A stretch of 64,000 nucleotides of DNA, from contig JASHNX010000014.1 in the NCBI GenBank assembly GCA_030041415.1, positions 14,161 through 78,160 on the forward strand, read 5' to 3'. A program made the translations under genes and the position numbers. Below the pieces are notes generated by a model. The model made no database searches and was not told where the DNA came from. It saw only the letters and a program-made list of their open reading frames with translations. Source of the stretch: Candidatus Sulfotelmatobacter sp. Its GTDB lineage: Bacteria > Acidobacteriota > Terriglobia > Terriglobales > Acidobacteriaceae. Shown piece by piece: positions 37,408-44,861 of the stretch. How positions within the stretch are numbered: the first letter of the stretch is position 1; every line of letters begins with the position of its first letter.

Positions 37408-38652
37408 CTAGGCTGGATCGTCTTTCCATTGCAAGGTTTGTAGTGGGCCGACCACGACCAGCCAGCTGAAAGCACCTGCCACGCTCACAAGTGCAGCCAG
37501 GTAGAACGCCGAGTGGAAGTTGCCGGTGCGCTGCAGCAGGAAGCCGGTAGCTGCGGGGGCGGCTGCGCCGGAAAGATTGCCCATGCACTGCTGCAGGCCA
37601 GTCCATCGCCCCGCCATGCGCGGGCCGGCGAGGGTCTGGGCAGCTGAGTACAAGCAGGTTCCGGTAAAGCCCATTGACGCGCCGACCAGGACCAGCATCC
37701 AGGCGTAGAGATTTGCGGGGGCCAACACCGCCGCGACGAGAAATAAACCTACGAGGATGCTGCCGACAACCGCCAGAGTTTTTCGAATTAGTGTCACGGA
37801 GCTGCCAGTTGCGATCCAGCGATCGGCGAGCTTTCCCACGACTGCGGAAGATGTGGCATGCGTCAGGAAGACCGCGGCCGCTATCCGCGCCGTCTGATTC
37901 AGCGACAGGCCGCGGGCGCGATTCAGGTAAAAAGGCAGCCAGGTGAGCAGGAAATACAACGGATAAGCCAGCGCAAAATGGCAGATCCACATCCCCCACG
38001 CCGATCGGCGCCGGACGATAGCAAACATACCGGAAAAAGGCGAAGGCGCCTCTGCCAGCGCTGCGTCGCGCCCGGGCATCCAAGAGGCCCACGGCAGCAA
38101 CCAAAGCAGTCCTGCCACCCCTACCACGATAAAGAACGGCCGCCAACCGAATCGGCTGACCACGCTTCCTCCAACCATGAACCCTGCAGCCGGTCCCAGT
38201 GCCAATCCGGAAACGATCACAGCATTGGCGAAGCCACGGTGCTCTTCGTCGAAGTAAGTGCATATGATTTTTCCGTACGAGGGAAATGAGACGGCCTCGC
38301 CCAGACCGAGGACGATGCGCGCGGCCAGCAGCGCGGCAAATCCGTGCAGCAAGCCGGTGATCGCCGTGGTTCCGGACCATGCCAGGAATCCAAGGCCGAA
38401 TACCCACTTCACATCGAAGTGGTCCACCAGCCAGCCGGAAACAAGATGCATGACGGAATAGGTCCAGAAGAATGCAGAGAGGAGAGTTCCAAGCTGTGCA
38501 GCGGTAATGCCAATTTCATCCTTGATTAAAGGCGCGGCGATAGAAAGGTTGCTGCGGTCAATGTAGTTGATGACCACAGAGAGCCCGAGCAAAAGGAGCA
38601 CCCGGTTGGTACCCGCATCCATGGGCCGATCGTATGTGGAAGTGGCTTCCAT
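37408..38652 (-). CDS. MFS transporter
   Basis: The ATG at 38652 (MEATSTYDRPMDAGTNRVLLLLGLSVVINYIDRSNLSIAAP...) gives 12 TM segments. The track N-terminal extension to 38847 is Arg/Ala-rich and non-membrane. Confidence 0.8.
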   Translation of the reverse strand: MEATSTYDRPMDAGTNRVLLLLGLSVVINYIDRSNLSIAAPLIKDEIGITAAQLGTLLSAFFWTYSVMHLVSGWLVDHFDVKWVFGLGFLAWSGTTAITGLLHGFAALLAARIVLGLGEAVSFPSYGKIICTYFDEEHRGFANAVIVSGLALGPAAGFMVGGSVVSRFGWRPFFIVVGVAGLLWLLPWASWMPGRDAALAEAPSPFSGMFAIVRRRSAWGMWICHFALAYPLYFLLTWLPFYLNRARGLSLNQTARIAAAVFLTHATSSAVVGKLADRWIATGSSVTLIRKTLAVVGSILVGLFLVAAVLAPANLYAWMLVLVGASMGFTGTCLYSAAQTLAGPRMAGRWTGLQQCMGNLSGAAAPAATGFLLQRTGNFHSAFYLAALVSVAGAFSWLVVVGPLQTLQWKDDPA

Positions 38653-38867
38653 CCCGGAAAAGCGATGATTGTACACCGGTGGTGGGAGGGAAGCTCGGAC
38701 GATGTTTGGGGCAGCGTGCAGTTTGATAAGGAAGCGAGCCAAGCGCGCGAGTAATGCGGCGCAAAGGGCGCGCCGCAAGGCGCGGCTCGCCCAGGTCCTT
38801 CGCTGCGCAAAATAGGCTTGCTCAGGATGACAAGCAAGCTGAACCACTACGGGCGCGTCCGGAGTGA

Positions 38868-39878
38868 TTAACTGAACGTTGGCAGCTTGACCAGATCGTT
38901 TTCGGGGACGGGTTCGACCGGTTCCCCGGCTTTGCGCCAGGCGGTCAAGCCGCCGACGATCACGAACGTGTTAAATCCTTTTTCCCGCAGCATGTGCGCC
39001 ACACGGGCGCTGGTGGCTTCGCGCGCTCAAGTACAGTACAGATAGATGTCGTTGTCTTTGGGAAGGTTTTTGATTTCTTCCTCGAGATTGTTGGGCTCGA
39101 TGCGAATTGAATTCTTGATGCGGGCGGCGCCGCCATCGTAATAACCATGGCTGCGCACGTCGACAATCTGCACGCGGTCGGAGCCTTCAGAAGCCAAACG
39201 CCTCGCCAGTTCCTCAACCTGGATGCGGGGTACGATGCTATACATTCGGTTCTTGTAATATTGCCCAACGCGATATGCCGCATAGACGGCGAGCGTTATC
39301 AAGACAACGGCTTCCATAGCTTCGCTCGCTGCATGAAATCCGCGCAGGACCGCGGCGAGAAAATCGCGCGAAAGATAGCCAACTGAAAAATAGGTCACGG
39401 AATAAACCAACGCTCCCAGAAAGTCGAGACGAAGAAACTGCTCGAGACGCATCTTCATGCTTCCGGCGAGCGGCGCAGCCATGGTATTTACGCCGGGGAT
39501 GAATTTGGCAACGATCAGCGTGAGTTTCCCGCGCTTGTAGAACGACTCAGCCGAGCGAAGAATGCATGTTTCCGGATTGATGGAAACCCGGCAGAGAAAC
39601 CCCAGCAGTGCCCAGCCCATGTAGCGGCCCAGAAAGAATTGAATGGTATCGCCGAGGAGCAGTGCAACAATCGCCGCGAACAGAACATAAGGTCCCCACA
39701 AGGCGTGAGAAGCAACAGCGGCGCCTGCGGCCACCAGCGCGAGGGCAGCGGGAAAGGGGAGACCGATGGCCTCGATCAATAACAGGCCGAAAGTGAAGGC
39801 GTAGCCATGACGAAGCATGAGTGCCACAAGAGTCATAAGGAGTGTTGGATAAGAGAATACGGGAAAGGGTTCAAACAT
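38868..39878 (-). CDS. DedA-family membrane domain fused to a C-terminal rhodanese domain; contains one in-frame TGA (39027..39029) in the rhodanese active-site loop, so it is a candidate selenocysteine codon (alternative: nonsense pseudogene)
   Basis: The track ORF 39027..39878 ends ...NLPKDNDIYLYCT-TGA. The same frame continues without a stop for 52 codons (AREATSARVAHMLREKGFNTFVIVGGLTAWRKAGEPVEPVPENDLVKLPTFS, TAA at 38868..38870), which completes a rhodanese fold. The N-terminal 200 aa are DedA-like (GYAFTFGLLLIEAIGLPFPAAL). Confidence 0.6.
38996..39010 (-). promoter_or_regulatory. candidate bacterial SECIS-like hairpin downstream of the in-frame TGA
   Basis: The minus-strand RNA is GCGCC-CGUGU-GGCGC, a 5-bp GC stem with a 5-nt loop containing GU, at +17 to +31 nt after the UGA. 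Weaker flanking pairings are possible (CAGC/GCUG). Confidence 0.35.
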
Positions 39879-39883
39879 AACAA

Positions 39884-39914
39884 AGCCGGATATCTGCTGA
39901 GAGCAGATCCGGCT
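39884..39914 (-). terminator. terminator-like hairpin plus U-tract immediately upstream of the DedA-rhodanese ATG (possible attenuator)
   Basis: The minus strand reads AGCCGGAUCUGCU-CUC-AGCAGAU(AU)CCGGCU followed by UUGUU, then AUG at 39878. A second 8-bp hairpin (ACGGGGAG...CUCCCCGU) lies at 39921..39953. Confidence 0.4.
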
Positions 39915-40320
39915 CTGTTTACGGGGAGTCCGTGCCAGGAGAACTCTCCCCGTGCAGGGTGAGAGAACCAGTAGCAGCTCTTACTCGAAGTCTCTAGCCC
40001 TGTGCGGGCCGACGCGTCGTCTTTGTTGACGCTTGTTGTAAAGCTTCGACTAAAGCTGCCACACCCTTGGCGATACGCCTCGCGGACCGGTCTCCCTGCG
40101 ACTCAGATTCGGGTGCCGGGAGGAGATTGGGTCGATCGCGTCCTGCGATTCCCTCGCATGCTTCAATGCGTCTCGTAAGCCTTCCGCCGGCGACACATTG
40201 CCAACAATGCAATTCTGAACCGCTGGTTCGAAGAAATCAGTGGCGCGGATCACAAGGCGGAGTGATGGAGATCATATGGAATGGGAATCTCGCGGCGGAG
40301 TTCATGGAAGCGAGCGGCAG

Positions 40321-41310
40321 CTACTTGTCGCGGGAAATCACAAACTCCGGCGCCCAGAGCAACGCGCGTTTGATCTCGGACTCGGGAAAGATGCTGAGGG
40401 CTCGTTGTGCAGATTCGGCGTAGCGGGTGGCATGTGCGGTTGCGGCATCCAGCGAATCGTAGCGTTCGAGAATCTCGAGAATTTGCGGATGCGTGATGCC
40501 GTTGAAAGACCGCTCGCGCAGAATGGTTTCAATCTTCACTCGTTCCTCGGGCGTACAGCGCTCGAGCGAATGGATGACGGCCATGGTGGCTTTGCCTTCG
40601 CGCAGATCGCTGGCAACGGGCTTTCCGAGCACGTCTTCGGACGCGGTAAGGTCGAGCACATCGTCGACGATCTGAAACGCCATGCCCAAATCGTGGCCGT
40701 ATTGCGCCAGGGCCTGTTCCTCTGCCGATGTTGCCCCTCCGAGGATCGCGCCTAAACGCATGCATACCGAGAACAGACAGGCGGTCTTGCGGTAGATCAA
40801 ATCGAAATATTCGTCGAGAGTGATCGACTTGCCGAGCTTTTCCATTTGCAGCAGTTCGCCTTCAACCATCTGCTGGGTCAACTCGATCAGCGTATCGAGG
40901 ATGCGGAAATTGCGCTCCTGGACGGCAACCTTGAAGGCCTGCATGTAAAGCCAATCGCCGGCGAGGACGCATTTTGAATTGCCCCATTGAGTATTCGCTG
41001 CCGGGCGGCCACGGCGAGTGAGAGCTTCATCGATGATGTCATCGTGAACCAGGGTTGCAGTGTGAATGATCTCAACGACTGCGCCCAAGCGGACCGCGCC
41101 GCGCCCCTGGTAGTTGAAGAGTTTGGAAGAGAGAAAAAGAAGCGCAGGGCGAATGCGCTTGCCGCCCCCGGCGCGCAGATATTCTCCGATCTCAGTGATG
41201 GCCTGCACGCCCGATACCGTATCGTGGCCGAATTCACGTTCGAGGGCCGCGAGGTCCTCGTGCAGCAGATCGAAGATTTCCTTTCCGTTAATGATTGGCG
41301 GCGCGCTCAC
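40321..41310 (-). CDS. polyprenyl diphosphate synthase (trans-IPPS, long-chain type)
   Basis: The first DDxxD is in TLVHDDIIDEA and the second in FQIVDDVLD. GTG start at 41310. 329 aa. Confidence 0.88.
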   Translation of the reverse strand: MSAPPIINGKEIFDLLHEDLAALEREFGHDTVSGVQAITEIGEYLRAGGGKRIRPALLFLSSKLFNYQGRGAVRLGAVVEIIHTATLVHDDIIDEALTRRGRPAANTQWGNSKCVLAGDWLYMQAFKVAVQERNFRILDTLIELTQQMVEGELLQMEKLGKSITLDEYFDLIYRKTACLFSVCMRLGAILGGATSAEEQALAQYGHDLGMAFQIVDDVLDLTASEDVLGKPVASDLREGKATMAVIHSLERCTPEERVKIETILRERSFNGITHPQILEILERYDSLDAATAHATRYAESAQRALSIFPESEIKRALLWAPEFVISRDK

Positions 41311-41351
41311 AATTATCTTTCCAATCCGATGGGGTCAAAGAGGCGTTTCTT

Positions 41352-41846
41352 TTAATTTGTCCGGTAATTGGTGAACTGCATATCGATGCCGAAATCGCGT
41401 TGTCGTAGCATGGCGATCACTTCCTGGAGCGTATCGCGGTCTTTGCTGCTGACGCGGACTAGATCGCCCTGGATCGACGCCTGCGCCTTTTTCTTGGAAT
41501 CTTTTATCAATTTGACGATCTCCCGAGCCTTTTCGATGGCGATGCCTTGCTGCATGGTGACCCGCCGCTTGGCGGTTCCGCCCGCCGCAGGTTCGACCGC
41601 CCCGTAGGTTAGAGCTTTTAGAGAGACTCCCCGTTTCACCAGTTTCTGCTGCAAAATGTCATTGACCGCTTTCAACTTGTATTCATCCGCAGAATGAAGA
41701 ACAATGGCGTCCTTTTCGAGCTCGATATTTGATTTCGAATCCTTGAGATCGAAGCGGGTATGAATCTCCTTTAATGCCTGCTGAATTGCGTTCGAAACTT
41801 CTTGCAGGTCGACCTTGCTCACAATGTCGAAGGTGTTCTCGGGCAC
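41352..41846 (-). CDS. yajQ: YajQ-family (UPF0234) nucleotide/cyclic-di-GMP-binding protein
   Basis: (V)PENTFDIVSKVDLQEVSNAIQQALKEIHTRFDLKDSKSNIELE... matches the conserved YajQ N-terminus. 164 aa with a GTG start. Confidence 0.85.
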   Translation of the reverse strand: MPENTFDIVSKVDLQEVSNAIQQALKEIHTRFDLKDSKSNIELEKDAIVLHSADEYKLKAVNDILQQKLVKRGVSLKALTYGAVEPAAGGTAKRRVTMQQGIAIEKAREIVKLIKDSKKKAQASIQGDLVRVSSKDRDTLQEVIAMLRQRDFGIDMQFTNYRTN

Positions 41847-41918
41847 CGAGTTTCACTTCTTTCTGAAACGATGGAATCTATAATTTGAGAGTATCAGAAC
41901 CGGGGCTTTTCAGCTGAA

Positions 41919-42743
41919 CTAAGGTGACGCAACTTTGCTTTCAGTGGTTTCAGTCAATTTGAAAAAATTGTAAAAGTTGCGCGTCGTCTCCAGGCCAATC
42001 TCCTCGAGAGAAAGATTGCGGAGTTCGCTGAGCTTTCGAGCCGTCTCGATTACGAATGCGGGTTCGTTGCGCTTGCCGCGGTACGGCACGGGAGCAAGAT
42101 AAGGCGAATCGGTTTCAATGAGAATTCGGTCGAGAGGGACCTCCAGCGCGGCATCACGAATCGAAACGGCCTTGGGAAAAGTGAGATTGCCGGCGAAGGA
42201 AATCATGAATCCCATATCGAGCGCGGATTTGGCTTGCTCCCAGTTTCCGGTGAAGCAATGTAGAACGCCTCCGAGTCCGCGGCTAGCCCAATGCTCGCGG
42301 ATGAGGGCCAGGCAATCGTCCCAGGCATCGTCGCTGTTGTCAGACGGACGGCAGTGAATGACGATGGGCAGTTTCGCGCCTGCGGCGAGCTCCATCTGCC
42401 GCACGAAAACTTCTTTTTGCGCCTCGCGAGGCGAGTGGTCGTAATAGTAATCGAGGCCGATTTCACCCCAAGCAATCACCTTGGGATTCCGCGCAAGCTC
42501 GGCCATGCGGGCGTAAGCCGATTCATTGGCGAGCCGTGCTTCGTGAGGATGAATGCCGAGAGTCGCGTACATAAAATCGTACTTCTCGGCGAGGCGGATT
42601 GCGCAATCGACTTCGTCCGGCCCGTCGCCATTGCCGATGGCGACCATGGCCTGAACGCCGGAGGCGCGAGCGCGAGCGATGACTTCGTCGCGGTCGGAGT
42701 CGAACTTTGGGCCATCGAGATGGCAGTGAGAGTCAACGTACAT
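41919..42743 (-). CDS. tatD: TatD-family metal-dependent hydrolase/DNase
   Basis: MYVDSHCHLD..., GEIGLDYYYDHSPREAQKEVFVRQMELA, PIVIHCR, GVLHCFTG and ILIETDSPYLAP. Confidence 0.9.
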   Translation of the reverse strand: MYVDSHCHLDGPKFDSDRDEVIARARASGVQAMVAIGNGDGPDEVDCAIRLAEKYDFMYATLGIHPHEARLANESAYARMAELARNPKVIAWGEIGLDYYYDHSPREAQKEVFVRQMELAAGAKLPIVIHCRPSDNSDDAWDDCLALIREHWASRGLGGVLHCFTGNWEQAKSALDMGFMISFAGNLTFPKAVSIRDAALEVPLDRILIETDSPYLAPVPYRGKRNEPAFVIETARKLSELRNLSLEEIGLETTRNFYNFFKLTETTESKVASP

Positions 42744-42805
42744 GGAATGCGAAGGCCTGGGCTACAGGCGGACAGCCGAGGGCGGCTGTCCCTACACGAG
42801 CATAT

Positions 42806-44821
42806 TTACTTCAGCCGCGCCCCAATCGGGACTTCCTCCAAAAAACTGGCGAGAACCGGCCTTCCCCCTTCGAGCGAGGCGGCGACAATCATTCCATTGG
42901 ATTCGTAGCCTCGCAGTTTGCGCGGAGCCAGATTGGCCACGATCACGACTTTGCGCCCGACTAAAGTCTCCGGGGCGTAAGCTTCGGCGATTCCGGCCAA
43001 CACCTGCCGCACTTCGGTTCCAATGTCTATTTCAAGGCGCAATAGTTTGTCGGACTTGGGAACTCGCTCCGCAACCTTCACTTGGCCCACACGTAGTTCG
43101 ACTTTCGCGAAATCGTCGACGGAAATCTTGTTGTTGGTTGCCTCCGTGGCCGGCGCCTGCGCAGCCGCCGGCGTACCAACCGCGGATGGCGCTGCATTGG
43201 TTTTTGCTGCAGGGCTTTCAGTCGCGAGGGCAGGTCTTTGCTCATCTTCCATTCTCTGCATCCTTTCAATGGCGCTCTTATCAGCGCGAGGAAACACGGG
43301 CTGCACTTCGCCAAGCGTCGTTCCCAGATGCAATTGACCCCACGCCAATTCATTCAGGGCGAGCTTTTTGATATCGCCCAGGCCCATCTGCGCCCAGATC
43401 TTCGCGGTCGCGTCGGGAATTATGGGATAGGCCAGCGCAGTAACGATGCGCAGAGCTTCGGCAGCGGTGTAGAGTACGGTCGCCAAACGGGAACGGCTAT
43501 CTTCATCCTGTTTTTCGCCCAAAGACCAGGGCTCATTTTCGACGATGTATTTGTCTACGGCCGCAACCAGCGCCCACGCGCTTTCGAGGGCGCGAGAAAA
43601 CTGAAATTGATCGAACAAAGTCGCGAACTCGCGGATCGTTTTCCGCGCGGCCTCGGCGATGGCATCGTCTGCAGGTTTTTTCGATGCGGCATGCGATGGG
43701 TACGGCACCTCACCCTTGAAATAGCGGTTGATCATGGTCAGCGTGCGGCTGGCGAGATTTCCTAATCCGTTTGCAAGATCGGAGTTGTAACGCTGGACCA
43801 GCGCATCGAAGGAAAACGATCCATCCTGCCCGAAAACGACTTCGCGCAGCAGGAAATAGCGCAGCGCATCGGCGCCGAGCACGTCGAGAATGGTTTCGGT
43901 GCGCACGATGTTGCCGCGCGACTTCGACATCTTGCTTTCTTCAAAAAGAAGCCATCCGTGGGCAACAATTGCCTTGGGCACGGGCAATCCCGCGGCCATC
44001 AAAAACGCCGGCCAATACACGCAATGGAAGCGGACAATTTCTTTGCCCACCATCTGGACGTCGGCCGGCCAGAATTTCTTGAAAGCTTCCTGCGCGCCCG
44101 CGTGGGATGAGCCATATCCGATGGCCGTGATGTAGTTTGCCAATGCGTCAAACCAGACGTAAATCACGTGCTTGGGATCGTCGGGTACGGGCACGCCCCA
44201 GCTAAACGTGGAGCGGCTCACCGACAAGTCGCGCAGGCCGGAGCGGACAAATGAAATTACTTCGTTGCGGCGCGTTTCGGGACGAATGAACTCCGGATTC
44301 GCGTAGAGCGCCAGCAGCTTATCCTGAAATGCCGATAGCTTGAAAAAATAGTTCTCTTCTTTTACGGTTTCGGTGATCCTGCCGCAGGTGGGGCAAGGAT
44401 CGCCGGGCTGCGCGCCATCGACGTAAAGTTCGTCGGAGACGCAATATTGGCCGGTGTAGACGCCCTTATAGATAAACCCGTTGTCGCGAATGCGGCGGAA
44501 GAGTTCCTGCAGGCGTTTTATGTGGCGCGGTTCGGTGGTGCGGATGAAATCATCGTTCGAGATGCCCATCCGCTTCCACAATTGGCGGAACTCGCCAGAT
44601 ATTTCGTCGGCATATTGCTGCGGAGTTTTTCCCGCAGCTTCGGCCGCGCGCTCAATCTTCTGCCCGTGCTCATCCGTGCCGGTGAGAAAAAAAGTCTCGT
44701 CGCCGAGCATGCGGTGACGCAGGGCGATGGTATCGCAGGCAATGGTGGTGTAGGCGTGGCCGATGTGCGGCCGCGCATTTACATAATAGATAGGCGTCGT
44801 GATGTAGAACTTCTTGCTCAT
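42806..44821 (-). CDS. metG: methionine--tRNA ligase with C-terminal tRNA-binding (EMAP/Trbp111-like) domain
   Basis: The HIGH motif is in YYVNARPHIGHAYTT. There is a zinc knuckle CPTCG and the KMSKS motif. The C-terminal DFAKVELRVGQVKVAERVPKSDKLLRLEIDIG is the tRNA-binding OB fold. Confidence 0.95.
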   Translation of the reverse strand: MSKKFYITTPIYYVNARPHIGHAYTTIACDTIALRHRMLGDETFFLTGTDEHGQKIERAAEAAGKTPQQYADEISGEFRQLWKRMGISNDDFIRTTEPRHIKRLQELFRRIRDNGFIYKGVYTGQYCVSDELYVDGAQPGDPCPTCGRITETVKEENYFFKLSAFQDKLLALYANPEFIRPETRRNEVISFVRSGLRDLSVSRSTFSWGVPVPDDPKHVIYVWFDALANYITAIGYGSSHAGAQEAFKKFWPADVQMVGKEIVRFHCVYWPAFLMAAGLPVPKAIVAHGWLLFEESKMSKSRGNIVRTETILDVLGADALRYFLLREVVFGQDGSFSFDALVQRYNSDLANGLGNLASRTLTMINRYFKGEVPYPSHAASKKPADDAIAEAARKTIREFATLFDQFQFSRALESAWALVAAVDKYIVENEPWSLGEKQDEDSRSRLATVLYTAAEALRIVTALAYPIIPDATAKIWAQMGLGDIKKLALNELAWGQLHLGTTLGEVQPVFPRADKSAIERMQRMEDEQRPALATESPAAKTNAAPSAVGTPAAAQAPATEATNNKISVDDFAKVELRVGQVKVAERVPKSDKLLRLEIDIGTEVRQVLAGIAEAYAPETLVGRKVVIVANLAPRKLRGYESNGMIVAASLEGGRPVLASFLEEVPIGARLK

Positions 44822-44861
44822 ATTTACTTAAGTTTATTTGGAAGGGCTTGCACTCAGGCAG

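Noticed and set aside
38960-39283. A 107-aa track ORF overlapping the TGA region of the DedA-rhodanese gene in another frame.
   Set aside because: It is out of frame with respect to a sequence that translates into a clean rhodanese domain. Its own product (MRHIALGNITRTECIASYPASRLRNW...) has no recognisable features.
39994-40212. A 72-aa ORF in the leader region beginning (TTG)HCWQC, a CxxC motif that could suggest a small redox protein next to the rhodanese gene.
   Set aside because: It has a TTG start with no ribosome-binding site. The remainder is Arg/Ala-rich and low in complexity. Third-position GC appears lower than in neighbouring real genes, and the ORF overlaps the strongest RNA hairpins.
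39879-40320. Partial resemblances to known riboswitch cores. On the minus strand, GCCACUG and AGUCGCAGGGAGACCGGUCC resemble cobalamin B12-box-like strings. On the plus strand, GGGGAGUCC and CUUUGUUGAC resemble yybP-ykoY-like strings.
   Set aside because: The elements are in the wrong order or orientation for those folds. The GGGGAG segment is locked in a local perfect hairpin. Other invariant cores, such as GGUGAAAAUCC-type segments, are absent. A plus-strand element would have no downstream gene to control. The region is kept only as an unclassified structured region.
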